Assembly (NCBI RefSeq): GCF_001194135.2
Contig: NC_068988.1
Location: 93,972,045-94,035,519 of the forward strand
Length of the DNA: 63,475 nucleotides
Direction: 5' to 3'
DNA from: Octopus bimaculoides
Taxonomy: Eukaryota
Shown: positions 39,808 to 53,007 of the stretch, piece after piece
Numbering within the stretch: the first letter of the stretch is position 1
Layout: each line of letters opens with the position of its first letter
Program-made: the position numbers and the translations under genes
The notes under the pieces: generated by a model
Databases searched by the model: none
The model's input: the letters and a program-made list of their open reading frames with translations, nothing else
What the model was told of the DNA's origin: nothing

Positions 39808-39990
39808 AAATTTTGGCTCGAGGCCAGCAATTTCGGCGATGGGGAGCGGATTAAATTCATTCAAATTCCACCGAGGTTGACATTGCCTTTCATCCTTTCG
39901 GGATGTACCAGTTGCGTACTGGGTCGATCCAATCGATTGCCCACCCTCTCCCAAAATTTCGGGCCTTGTGTCTAGAGTAGAAAAGAATAT
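39808..39990. mobile_element. Two SINE family B fragments in opposite orientations
   Basis: Minus-strand tail at 39808-39850, then a plus-strand 3' half at 39863-39990. Confidence 0.7.
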
Positions 39991-41148
39991 TGGAACTTGC
40001 AAAGTATTAATGAGATAGATACTAGTTCTTTAAATCCTCCCCCCACCACCACTACCAAAAAAAGAAAAACACCCGCCATTAGGACGTCTCTGTCAGTTGC
40101 GATGATGAAATGGCGAAATCTTTCACAGACTAAACTAGTTAATGAAAGTGTTTGTGTTTGGAACTTTACAGGTTTCCACTCCACGTTTAAAATAATGGTA
40201 TGCCCAGGGCTGCGAATATAAAGTGATCGGATATAATCGATTGACTCGACTTTAATGTTTCATCGGAATTAATCAAATTATCGATTTTTGATCGGTGCAA
40301 AGCAAAGTCTAACTGGGTTCGAACACGGCACCCAATGAAATATAACTAAATACTGTGAATCCAGCATTCGCACTATTCCAATCATTCATCTACCGCTTCG
40401 TCTCTTGAGAATATTTAGCAAAAGAAAAAAAAAAAGAGAGCCTGTGCTGTAGAGTGGGAAGCGAGAGTAAAAAAAAAACAGGAAAGTACTGAGAGGTGGA
40501 GAAAGAAGGAAAGAGACTTGCAATGCAATAAGATAATAAGAGATATTTATTCAAATGAGAAGACCATGCTATTGTTATTCACAATGATGTTTTCGTTAAC
40601 GAGAATTGCACGTGATACTCACAATGTCCACGCGAGTTGTTTCTCTTAGTCGTCAACTGAAAATATGGCGCTGGTGTCGTGCGCCAATGACTGTATGTCT
40701 CCCATTCGTTGACTAGACACTGAAAGCCACAACTTACTCCAAGTCATAGACTGAACAGCAACATTTAAAACAAGAACAACAACGTTGTAAACAAGCAAAA
40801 TAATAACAGCAATAATGAAACAAAATCTACAACATAAGAAAACTAATAAAGATAAAAGGTGGGAAAGAGTGAGATAGAGTGAAGACATAACATAGATCGT
40901 TTGTTACTTTATGTTTTGTTTTGTTTTTATTTGTGATGGTGTTATTGTTTTCCTTTATCTTACTATGATTTGCATAAATCTGCCATAAAAACGACTTAAG
41001 AAATTAATTTATCTTTTGCTTGCAAGCAGTTTCAGCGTCACTCAAGTTGTCATCATCACTCAGGAATGATAGCGGTTGGTTTGTAATGGTGGGTGAACAG
41101 ACGATTCTTTTATAGGATGGTAGGGAATGTTCAGCAACAACGTACTTA

Positions 41149-41201
<53 letters not shown>

Positions 41202-41444
41202 CACACACGCATGCGCACACGTAAATACACTTTCCTCTTATCGGCTGCTAATTTTTTATTCACTAAAACACTAGTAAATAAACTATTCCACTCATGAGAC
41301 GGGAGTACTAGCTGATTGGTAGACTTTCAGAGTAGCTCTCACTACCTCATGGAGAAGGGAAAATGGCTAAGGAAATTGATGATTGCTTAATAGCTTATTC
41401 AGTAACCCTTCAGAAAAAAATAATTAGCTGCCGATAACAGGCAG

Positions 41445-41520
<76 letters not shown>

Positions 41521-41524
41521 TTAT

Positions 41525-41570
<46 letters not shown>

Positions 41571-41607
41571 CTCTCTCTATCTATTTATCTATCTATCTAT
41601 CTATCTA
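41445..41607. repeat. (CTAT)n microsatellite
   Basis: Direct reading. Confidence 0.98.
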
Positions 41608-42007
41608 CACACACACACGTATATATACTCACAGACGCGCAATACACACACACACACACAAACACACCCACATACCGTCACATATATGACGCGTAATTTT
41701 GTATTTTTTCCCGATAAAAGAAACCAGAGCACACAGCACGTCTTGTAGAGTAAATAATTTGATTAGAATATAGATGATTCACATATTGATTGTAATATCT
41801 TAGACATATACATAATAACATAATAGATGTACAACTCATTAGAAGCATGCGATTCGAATGAGGGCTGAATCGTTAAACACTCACCATTCTCCACTTGCAT
41901 GCTTGGCAGTTTTTCATAGTCTGGTGCATGATATAATATCAGTAGAAGGAATAACACATTACACGTTTGTACATACATGCATATACAGGCACACATGAAC
42001 GGACTTG

Positions 42008-42045
<38 letters not shown>

Positions 42046-42085
42046 CATATGCATATATAAAAAACACATAAAACATGCATACATA

Positions 42086-43088
42086 TCAGGTCATCCCATA
42101 AGTTCTGTCCGTTTTTACCTTTTTTTAAATTGAATGAAATTTAATAGTATTTTAGAATGTCTAATGGAATTTAAAATTATTTTTATGCATTTGTGTTCAT
42201 TTAACCTAATTAAATATTATTTTACAGAATAATAGAATTAAAATTTGTTTGATTGAAACCCTTTCTAACATGAAAGTATCCAAAGAGCATTTAAGGCACA
42301 TAATGCTTTATGAGTACAAAAAAGGAAACTCTGCAGCCGAATCGACTCGAAACATACACTCAGTTTATGGGGGAAAATGCTTGAACGAAAGAACGTGCAG
42401 GAGATGGTTTGCAAAATTCAGAAGTGGAGATTTCAGCCTTGAAGATAAAGATCGAACAGGACGTCTTGAGTTTGATGATAAGCTCCTTGAGGCATTACTT
42501 GAAGAAAATCCTGCATTATCAGTTGAAGAATTGGCAATAAAGCTTAGTTCAAACCATACAACTGTTCATCGTCATCTTCAACAGCTTGGAAAGGCTCCTA
42601 AACTTGGAAAATGGGTGCCTCATGAATTGTCCGAAAGCAACCGCTAATCTTGAGTTGACATCTGTTCTTCTATCCATTCTCGCGAACTCATTTCACCCTT
42701 TTTGGATAGACTTGTGACTGGTGACGAAAAATGGATCTTCTATCGAAATGTTAAATGTCGTAAACAGTGACTTGGTAAAAGGGGAAAAGCTCAACCACAA
42801 CTGAGAAGGGAACTTCCTGGAAAAAAGGTTCTTCTCTCTATCTGGTTGGATTGCAAAGGAGTAATTCACTTTGAATTCTTACCACCCAATGCAACAATCA
42901 ATACTCAAGTCTACTGTCAGCAATTAGAGCGTTTGAACCAAGCTTTGAAGAAAAAAAGACCCGCTTTAGTGAATCGAAAAGGAGTGATGTTTCATCAGAA
43001 CAATGCGCGACTCCACACTGCAAAGATCACATCACAGAAGATCGAAGAACTTGGTTGGGGAAAAATTCCTCATCCCCCTGATTCTTCC
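42086..43088 (+). pseudogene. mariner (DD34D) transposon, left TIR plus 3'-truncated transposase pseudogene
   Basis: TA then TCAGGTCATCCCATAAG at 42084-42102. ATG at 42270. Motifs WVPHEL, VTGDEKW, FHQNNAR (HQDNA) and PHPPDSSDHSPSN (PHPPYSPDLAPSD). Three in-frame stops and no frameshift. The second and third catalytic Asp read as Asn. No right TIR. Confidence 0.95.
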
Positions 43089-43452
43089 GACCATTCTCCT
43101 TCAAATTAGACTAGGCTGTCCCGTTCTGCCTCAGTTTTTGGGAATAGCTTCAGGTTGTCCATGAATAACAAGTAATTCAGTTTTCCCTAACCTCTTCCCA
43201 GATCATATCACAACTTTGTTTTCTGTAGTATTTCACTCGAGGGAATCATTCCCAGAACGAATATCAGTGGGGACACACTCTTCCCTTGGAAAATTCCCCT
43301 CTTGATTTTCATTTCTCCTTGTACTTGCTTCTTTGCTGTCAATTCCGTTCTCCAGCATTTCATGCTATTTCGTATAAGGCTTCTCATATTCTCTACTACT
43401 CCATACATTTCCATTGTTCTTATTATCCAGGAGTGTGATATCATAACGTATA
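43089..43452 (-). mobile_element. R4/Dong-clade (RLE-type) LINE, reverse transcriptase fragment
   Basis: Minus translation KKIYVMISHSWII...IKRGIFQGKSVSPLIFVLGMIP...GYDLGRG*GKLNYLLFMDNLKLF matches RT motifs KKAYDMVPHSW, RGIFQGDSLSPLLF and HLLFMDDLKLY. Confidence 0.9.
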
Positions 43453-43453
43453 T

Positions 43454-43468
43454 CTTCTTCTTCTTCTT

Positions 43469-43535
<67 letters not shown>

Positions 43536-43560
43536 GTAGTAGTAGTAGTAGTAGTTGTAG
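43454..43560. repeat. Compound (CTT)n(TTA)n(TAG)n microsatellite
   Basis: Direct reading; abuts the R4/Dong RT fragment. Confidence 0.98.
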
Positions 43561-43564
43561 TAAT

Positions 43565-43790
43565 ACCAATAGTAGTAGTAATACAGCGAGTTGGCAGTAT
43601 CCTTAGCACGCCAGGCTAAATATTTAGCGGCATTTCGTCCGCCCCCGCGTTCTTAGTTCCGATTCTGTGAGACCGACTTTTATCGGGGTCGATAAAATAC
43701 GTACCAGTTGAGCACTAGGGGTCGATGTAATCGGCTATCCTCTTTCCCCAAATTGCTGGCCTTATGCCAGAATGTGGAATTATTACTATT
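43565..43790 (+). mobile_element. SINE family B, diverged
   Basis: ttggcagtatccttagcacgcc...tcggggtcgataaaatacgtaccagttg...aaattgctggcctt, followed by (TTA)n. Confidence 0.75.
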
Positions 43791-45392
43791 ATTATTATTA
43801 TTATTGTTATTATTATTATTATTGTTATTATTATTATTATTATTATTACAGTTCTAGTTCTGTATGATTAAATTTAGTTGTTCGTTTAGGAAAAATATTT
43901 TCAACATTATTTAACTGTCATTCATTGTTTTACGATTAAACATTTTCTGGTAGACGGGATTTAAGAGGAAGTGTGCGTCGATGAGAACTTAAAAAATCAT
44001 TGACCTATTGATAGTAGAGTGGGGTAAGTCAATCAAAGTTGTGGTTTCACTTGTTATTTGTGATTCCTTGTTTGCGATTGAATCATATTATCTAAGCCGC
44101 TATTCTTTGACAATCCATAGGTCTGAGATTATCTATTAGTTAACAATTTGACGAGAGAGAAAGGCTGGACGTCCTCCTCAGCTCTCTTACATTATAAGTC
44201 CGCTGCAAGACAAGAATTGCACTCTTTGGAACTAAAAGCAAATACTAAGCCAATCGTCATGGTTGTAGGAATATCAGGTGCATTAGCAGCAAGGAAATAT
44301 TTACATATCCGTAATTTCCTCACTTGCTTGTGCATATGGGGTATGTATAATTATTGTCGGGTGCAGCCACGGTTGCCTGAGCATCTGATCTGCCGCATCA
44401 AACATTGCTGATGCTTTTCAAAAAGTGTCTAAGAAGAGGAGTTTGGGGGTATGTTCGAAAACTAGGAGTGAAAAAATTATGCTCACACACACGTACGCAC
44501 ACACACACGCACGCACACACACACGCACAGAAACGCACGCACGCGCACACACAAACGCCCTCTTTCTTTCTTTCTTTCTTTCTCTCTCTTTCTCTCTACT
44601 GAAAAGAATAGAGTAATAAATAAACATTAATGTGTATGTGAATGTGTGAGTATCTCTGTATGCGCGTAAGATATGAATATGCATATATGTGAATACATAA
44701 TATTTATAGATGTATATGTGCATCTATATATACTTACATATGCATAAACATGCATGTATATACATACAAATGCATTATATATACATATATATATATGAAT
44801 GCATATATACATGCTCACATGCACATATACATACATATATAATTATATACACAATAGATACAGACGCACACATACGCAAGTATGTATGTATATAGACATA
44901 AATTCTTAAGCGCACATCTCTGTCTGGTGTAGATAGAAACTCAATAGATTAAGTTTATAAATAAACTAAATGTTTAAATGTTTCTTCGACTTCGTTTATG
45001 ACGTCATAAGGGACTTAACTAAAGGAAGTACTTTTATTGTTTCTTTTTTTTATTCGTATCAAGTTTCCGGCAACAAAAACTCTATGCAGTCACCAGGAGG
45101 TAAGAAATGTTCAAATATGGAAACTTCGTTTCTTATTAGTCATTCTTTATTTTTCAATCATTTCTTTCTAAATGGATTTTTCCTTTTTGTAATGTTTATA
45201 TGATTTTCAAGGAACTAAATACTTTATGAAGAAGATTAGGTTTCTAACCTTTTAGAAGATGAAATTTAGGAATTGTCTGACTTCATACATAAACATTCTC
45301 GGCTAAATAATATTTTTAACCGAAAAAGTGAGAAAGAAAAGGAGAGGATCCGCATTCCTGTTATAGCTTGTCTTTCTCTGTCGCTATCACTC

Positions 45393-45481
<89 letters not shown>

Positions 45482-45570
45482 CTCTCTCTCTCTCTCTCTC
45501 TTTTTCCCACCTCTTCCCATCTCTCATTTGTAGCAAACATTACATGCATTACGTTTATCCGAAGACTTCC

Positions 45571-46016
45571 ATTTTCAGTAGATTATGAAAACATTTTCTA
45601 TAGTGTATGATAGCAAAAGGTACTTCTTATGAATGCTGTTTAACTTAACCCCACAAATTCTACCCCGAATGAACTATACGCATCCAGCAAATAACCACCT
45701 TTCAAAAATAGTGATAAAAGCATCTAAGCATCTTAATTCAGCCATATTTTGAAGCTTCCGGAGTTGTAGTGGTTTAACAGTCTCTCTTAATGTCTGACTG
45801 TCGTACATTAATCCCAAACTGGATCATCTGGCATTCACCTTCCATGAAAATGTACCAGTAATATTCTTCGAACATATCGCTTAAGTATATTTATTATCTT
45901 ACATGATCCAATCCAACGAAATCCCAACGTTTTGCTTGTTAATTTAAAACGAAACTCACTGCCTTTGATTTTCAGTAGATTATGAAAACATTTTCTATAG
46001 TGTATGATAGCAAAAG
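45571..46016 (+). repeat. Perfect 49-bp direct repeat (45571-45619 and 45968-46016)
   Basis: attttcagtagattatgaaaacattttctatagtgtatgatagcaaaag occurs twice, base for base. Confidence 0.95.
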
Positions 46017-46559
46017 ATAGTCCGGGTCTCCACAACTAATCACCCGAATGGTCAATTTAAAATATCGATTAAATAAGTATTCGATGTTTCAGTCAGATAA
46101 AATCTTCTGTATTTGGTGTATCTTCTTCAGAGAAATTATTCTATATATCAAATTATCCTCTTACTTTAGATAAGGCTGTGCATGTTGGCGGTTTTCTCTT
46201 ATCGATAAGGCTTAGTAAGACTTTAGGTCACTGCAACTGATGTTGTAGTGGCTTATTATTGAGAATCAGACGTAAGTATAAACAGCGAATGTATGTATGT
46301 ATTGCGTATGTGTGTGTACATATTTGCATGTTTGTGTGTGTGCGTGCGTGTGAGTGTGTGCAAACGAGGTTAAAAGATCAAGTACATTGACCGAAATACA
46401 TGTGTGAGATCAGTTCAACACAGTATGACATATTTCTATATTTCTATAAGAGGATTAACTACCAATACACGGAAGTGATCGTAGGCAACACGGAGCAGGA
46501 GGTAAGGTTCCACAAGTTGAAATTTTGCCGCTAGAGTGTGCTAAATGAAGGGCCATTAT

Positions 46560-47390
46560 CACAGTGTTCAAGTATTTCAGTGGGTTCTCTAATTCTATTG
46601 GTACCCACTCACATCATGTCACATCGCTAGTTAATACCGTTATGGTATTTTCGGACAACTGCTTATGAGGTGGGTGAGATCTTCAGTGTGAACTCCACAA
46701 AGTCTGCATCGGTTGTCACATTTTACAGCTTTTCCTGCATCTCTATCCCTTTTGGGCATCAGGTACTTGGTTGATATTTGCTGTTCCTGGATTGCAAACT
46801 CATACCCTTCAAAGTGAGAGGTAGTAATCCGGCTATTGGTCCATGGTAGACTACTTTGATGATTGATGTTACTATCATCTCGGAGTTTTCTACTAACATA
46901 TCCAAGCATAGTCTTCTGCTCATATACGCTCATCCTTTCATCTGATGATACATTGCGGTAGCGTCGTGCGACTTTTTGGGCATGTATTCTAGGTTATCAA
47001 AGAGTGTTGCTCAAGGAGCTGCCTTCGAAGTCTTATGATGTTATCAGCTTCATGTATGCACACTTAGTCCAGGGATGCACTTCGACGCTTGATGATTAAA
47101 AGATGTTGCCGAAGGGATATGATGTGACAGTCAAAGGCATTTTGGATCGATGTTAAGCTTCTGCCGCTTTGTTTTCCTTTTAGGTAGAGGCGGTCTAAGT
47201 CACTGTTTATGTGGAAATTATGTGTACTTGTTAGTACTTTTCGGATTTTCGCATCAATGGCTCGAATCTTATCAAGCGTATAATCAAGCAGCCCAAATGT
47301 TGGTATGTGTACTGGCACTGCAAGCACATTCTGGGCCACTGTTTTATCGAATGCAGTGAGTTTTGAGGTCCAACATTCCTTATTCGACTG
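46560..47390 (-). mobile_element. R4/Dong-clade LINE fragment (post-RT region and CCHC zinc knuckle), frameshifted
   Basis: AVPVHIPTFGLLDYT...IDAKIRKVLT...SDLDRLYLKGKQSGRSL, followed by AIQEQQISTKY...CRLCGVHTEDLTHLISSCPK (Cx2C...H..SxC knuckle typical of RLE LINEs). Confidence 0.88.
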
Positions 47391-47464
47391 TATGCATGTA
47401 TGTATGCATATATGTAAATACATATGTATGTATTATACATGTATGTATATGTATGTGTGTGCAA

Positions 47465-47625
47465 TGCTGGCGACCTGGCCGAGATTGGTGAAGCCAAGGC
47501 ATGTGTCGTAGCGGCGCTCTACGTCCCGTTTCTCATCGCTTTCAGCCACACCCAGTTAGAGGTTTTCTTAGTAGCCCCTACGTTGTTCTTGAGGTTTCTT
47601 CTGCTAATTCCTTTTAAGAATGGGT
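47465..47625 (-). mobile_element. Possible HERO-like RLE LINE C-terminus and 3' end
   Basis: LKGISRRNLKNNVGATKKTSNWVWLKAM resembles remembered HERO termini (..AAERASNWLWLKR..). The match is short. Confidence 0.35.
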
Positions 47626-47758
47626 TATATATATATATATATATATATATATATNNNNNNNNNNNNNNNNNNNNNNNNNNNNNNNNNNNNNNNATGTATG
47701 AATGCATGTATGTATGTATATATATGAATGTATGTATGTATATATATATGAATGTATG

Positions 47759-47852
<94 letters not shown>

Positions 47853-49367
47853 AAGAGGGATATAGATATGTATATATATACAAGTGTGTGTGTGCATGTA
47901 TGAATGCATATATATATATATATGTATATATACGTATAAATATATGTATGAGCGTGCATGTGTGTGTATGTATGCATGTGTATTCAGCTCTGTGTGATCT
48001 TATTTTGTGTCTTAGAAACCATCGCTTAAACATCTACAAACCACCATTAGCATCAGGAAATACTTTACAAGTTTATCACTGTCATCACAAACTATGAGGC
48101 CCACCCCATTACAGTAATTGTTACTTTTTTTTTTCTCCAGAAATTCCACTACTTCTCTAAAAGAATAAGTAAAAAACAAAAAAAGAAAGAATAGAGAAAA
48201 AGCAACAAATGGAACTCTTCGATAATTTACCATCATCAACGATTGTAGCATTAGTAATAAATTATTAACTTTGCTTTTATAATTAGTATGCATCGTAAAT
48301 TTTTGCGTGCCCGAATTCTCTAAACACATTAGCAATATTCCCTGGTGGAATTTTAACAAAATTTGATGATTAATGAGTTAAATTTGCATAATGTAACTTG
48401 GACTTGAGGGACCGAAGCGTAACTACATTTCACATAGACTAGCAAGTGGAAGAAACAACTAGAGTAAACATTTTGATAAATAAAAGAGAAGTGATAGTTG
48501 CTTTGTTCATTTAAACTTCGATAAAAATGACTGATGATGCCATTTTTTTAAAACAAAATTCTTTAGTTTTAACCAAGAAAATTTTTCAAGTTATTTATTT
48601 TTCATGTCGATAAAAGTATTGTGTCAATTTTACATGGTACGAATAAGGTCTGTAAGGAAATAAATATCTCTTGAAGAAATACCATTCGTTACTCTGAATA
48701 TATTTATTTCCGTTCCAATATATTCTTCGATAGGGTTCCTATTAAACAAATATTTAAATGTAAAATATAATTAATGACGAAATTATTATAGCTGCAGTTC
48801 GGTTCGGTGATTTACCAAACCAATAGAACCAGTCATAAAATATAATAAAGAATGTACCCATGGATGGATTAAATTCGTTTCACAGCTAAAGTGTCAGGGT
48901 GTATCGAAATTTAATTATAATTATGCAGTAATGAAAAAAATCAATATTCGTCTGTAGATTTTGACTAATAACAATGATAGTAATATTAACTAAAGCCGAA
49001 TATTACTGGAGTTATTTCAGTTGGTACGGGAGATAACTCTAGATATATTTTATTTAAAACTCATCAGCAAAACATGAATTTCATTCTATTTGCTCAAATA
49101 TTGACTAAAGAATCGCTGTGTAAATATACAAGACTACACACTGTTTAGAGCAGATGTGTAAAATTGAACTCTCCGATCAGGAGGTTTTCTTTGTACATGT
49201 TTGATTCTGGGTTCCATCCCAATGCGCGGCACCATGGTTGTATGCCTCCTTCTGTTTCCCTGTGACGACCAATTCCTATGCTAGCTATTTCTTAGACAGA
49301 AACTAGAAATTACACACACACTACCGTCAAACTTGCTGCCCTCATACACACACAGAGGCACACACAG

Positions 49368-49410
<43 letters not shown>

Positions 49411-49624
49411 AACTTCTCGAGGCATTTTAACAATTTAATAAAATCTTACCAATTTCGTTAAATTCTTTTCTCAAAATTAAAAACCTTTTGTTTCATTTTG
49501 GAATTTCAGAAATTGTTGCTTTCTTTGTTTCTTCCGAAAAGAATTTCCCTGCCATAAGTTTCAACTTCATTATCATCGAAACAGGTCACTAAAATTTCTA
49601 AATAGTTCTCAAATGTTTTATTTT

Positions 49625-50520
49625 CTCGATCCTGAAAGGTGAAAGGTAATGTTCACCTCAGCGGGATTTGAACTCGAGACATAAAGAGACGGAAAATATA
49701 GCGCAAGACATTTTCTCACGATTGTACCATCCGATTCTACCACCCGATTAATCGATTAATAATCCTTTCTACTATAGGCGAAAGGCTTGAAACACTGCGG
49801 GAGGGGACTTGTTGATTACATCGACCCCAGTGTTCAACTGGTACTTATTTTATCGATCCCGAAAAGATAAATGGCAAAGTCGACATCGACGGAATTTGAA
49901 AATAAAACGTAAAAGTCTGGGAGAAATATCATTAAGCGGTTTTTATGCACCGTTTATATTCTTTTCTACTCAAGGCACAGGCCCGAAATTTTTGGTGAGG
50001 GGTCCAGTCGATTAGATCGATCCCAGTACAGAACTGGTACTTAATTTATCCACCCTTATATATTCTGTCGGCTCACTGCCTTAATAATTACAATAATCAT
50101 TTCTATTGTGGGCACAAGTTTTGAAATTTTGCCGGATGGGCAGTAGATTACATCAACTGGTATTTATTTCATCGACCCCGAAATAGTGAAAAGCAAAATC
50201 GACATCGGCAGAATTTGAACTCAGAACGTAACGACGGACGAAATGTCGCTAAGCATTTCGCCCGGGTGCTAAAAATTCTGCCAGCTCGCTGCCCGCATAA
50301 TAATAATAATAATGAAAATAATGGTTTCAAATTTTGGCACAAGGCCAGCAATTTCAGGGAGGAGCTAAGTCAACTGCATTGACCATAGTACTCAGCTGGT
50401 ACTTATTTTATCGATCTCCGAATGGATGAAAGGCAAATTCGACCTCGGCGGAATTTGAACTCAGAACATAAAGACAGACGAAACGCTGCTAAGTATTTTG
50501 CCCGTCTGCCAGCTCACAGT
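49625..50520 (-). mobile_element. Tandem cluster of five same-orientation SINE family B copies or fragments
   Basis: Copies at about 49625-49700, 49765-49910, 49960-50060, 50098-50295 and 50322-50520. Confidence 0.85.
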
Positions 50521-50523
50521 CTA

Positions 50524-50560
<37 letters not shown>

Positions 50561-50563
<3 letters not shown>

Positions 50564-51113
50564 GCCATGATGCAGTACCAGGCACTGGCTCTCATGGTTT
50601 CTGATCTTAACTGATTGGAAGTGTTATCATGTACATTGTTTTGTCTTGGTATAAAAGATGGGCCACAGCAAATATTCTGCTCAATACTCCAGATTTGCTT
50701 GTCAATTGTTTGACCTTAACCATTTGAGCATGTCCTTTGGTGGCTGACGATATGTGCATCTTTGATCATGAGCAGAAGTAGTGAGGGAGCATCATAACCA
50801 TGTGTTGAGAGAAATTCTTTGGGGTTTGAATAATTCACCCTTGGAAACAACCTTAAACAACCCTTGTTCGAGGACCATTTACGCGGGATGGGCTACTCAA
50901 CCCGAGGAAATTGTAATTGGGCTCCCACCTGCAAGGTCATACGCTGTTTATTTTGATATGAGATCACTCTGTCGCGCACATATGGTTGTGATGCATGTGC
51001 CTGGTGTACCCTTATAAGACGGGTAGTCATGATGGGTATACTGAGCTTCATATATTTGTACTCAGTACCACTTTGATGGCATCCACTGTTCTCTCACTCA
51101 ATAATAATAATAA
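50561..51113 (+). mobile_element. Unclassified ~550-bp probable retroposon-derived element bounded by (AAT)n on both sides
   Basis: Complex, GC-richer, non-coding block between (AAT)n at 50523-50560 and an (AAT)n tail at 51100-51113. Confidence 0.5.
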
Positions 51114-51792
51114 GAGGAAGAAGAAGGAGAAGAGGAAGAGGGGAAGGCAGGAATGATAGCGGGGTATGTTCTATATGTAAGAAAGCTGAATCGTTGCCCC
51201 ATAATTTACCCGTACCAACAGATAAAGATCAATGAATGAAACGGAAAATGTCAGGAAATCCTGTCAGACAACTACTTCAGGAAAAGTGTATAAAATTTAT
51301 TGATATTTACTCCATAAAAAATATAACAACAAGTTTTTATAGAATCTAGCTTTCTAAAATTATTAGTAAATATGACTATAAAAGAACAGTCCATATCAAC
51401 AGAAGACTAGCTTCAAACACAAAATATATCAAATAATTCAAATAAAAATTGCACTATTGAAGCTAATTCAAAGTACCCATTCCCCAATTAAGGATAATAG
51501 GTATTAGGGAAAATGTACGAAAAATCAGGTTATCGACTTCAACCACAAATTCTTCCGCAAATTTAAGATATATAGAAATCTCGCTTTATGAGACGCTATC
51601 GTACGTTAAATTCAAATTACGATGAAAGTAAACAAACAAACGAAGTTTGCTTTTTAGAAGCGTTGAGATGTCTTAGAAAGTTAAAGAAGTGATTTTAAAT
51701 TCTCAATCACAGGATAATGCTAATAATATAGCCTGAACAGGATAAACTACCACTATTTTGCAGAAAAAAAGTGGCAATGGTGGTAATTAATT

Positions 51793-52208
51793 AAAGCGGC
51801 GAGTTGGCAGAAACGTTAGCACGCAGGGCGAAATGCTTTGCAGTAATTCGTCTGCCGTTACGTTCTGAGTTCAAATTCCACCGAAGTCGACTTTGCCTTT
51901 CATCCTTTCGGGGTCGATAAATTAAGTACCAGTTACGCACTGGGATCGATGTAATCGACATAGTCCCTTTGTCTGTCCTTGTTTGTGCCCCTCTTTGTTT
52001 AGCCCTTTGTGGGCAATAAAGTAATAAGAAACGTAAGCGTGCCGGGCGACATGCTTAGCGGTGTTTCGTTTGTCTTTGTGTTCTGTGTTCAAATTCCGCC
52101 GAGGTTGACTTTGCTTTTCATCCTTTCGGTGTCGATACATTAAGTACCAGTTGCGTACTGGGGTCGATCTAATCCCAAAATTTCGGGCTTTGTGCCTAGA
52201 GTATAAAA
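51793..52208 (+). mobile_element. Two tandem SINE family B copies; the first has a different tail
   Basis: 51793-52025 (tail gtccctttgtctgtcc...gggcaataaag) and 52030-52208 (standard tail). Confidence 0.85.
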
Positions 52209-52751
52209 GAATGGTGGTAATGAATTTCTCTCTCACACTGATGACTTTCTTGGGGAGGACGGCGTTTTTCTTGCTGCCGCCTTGCTTCTCTGTCTCACAC
52301 ATCGTCACTCCTGTTGTTTTTACTGTTTTGTTACTGTTTTGGTTACTTCTACTGCTGTGGAGTTCTGTGGTGGTGGAAGATAGCGATAAGGAAGAGTTAT
52401 TTTTAATCCTATTTTTGGTAAAAGTCTATGAAATAAAATAAACTTGCCCTTTAAAAAGTATTTCCATGACAAAAAAAAAAAAAAAAGAAAAATTAGTAAA
52501 ATAAAATTGTGTTAGAAAAATCTTGGAAACTTTTGCAGTCCAGGCACTAACAGCAAAATCCATAAGAAAAACATTTTTTCGAGCTGACATTGACTGCAAG
52601 AAGAAGAGGAACGACGACAACAACAACAACAACAACAACAACAACAGCATACAACCTATAACACGTTGAATGATTGTTGGAAAAGACGGCTTGCTATTGG
52701 TGGTCATCTGGAAGATCTCCTGTATCTGGAGGCCAGTATTATTGTCTATAT

Positions 52752-53007
52752 CAGTGGTTCTCAACAGGGTTCCATATAAAATTTTGTCGTTAAAATTTAT
52801 ATGCAATAGATTGGTTTATATTTCTTCAATTCACGAAATATTTAAATTATTTTCTAATATAATTCTTCAGTATATCTAATTATTAAAAAAACCAAAAAAA
52901 AACCAATAGGCTTTTTTAAAACATCGAATGGCTATGAGGGTCCAGTAAAGTAAAAATAGGAAATTAGATTGATCCATAGGGCAAAAAAAAATGGCTAAAA
53001 GGCACAG
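52752..53007 (+). mobile_element. hAT (Charlie-like) non-autonomous element
   Basis: Starts CAGTGGTTCTCAAC. Internal ttttaaaacatcgaatggctatgagggtccag is shared with 57200-57225. Confidence 0.55.

Noticed and set aside
40270-40280. TAATCAAATTA, resembling the rhodopsin core sequence (P3/RCSI)
   Set aside because: Expected by chance in very AT-rich DNA and not near a demonstrated promoter.
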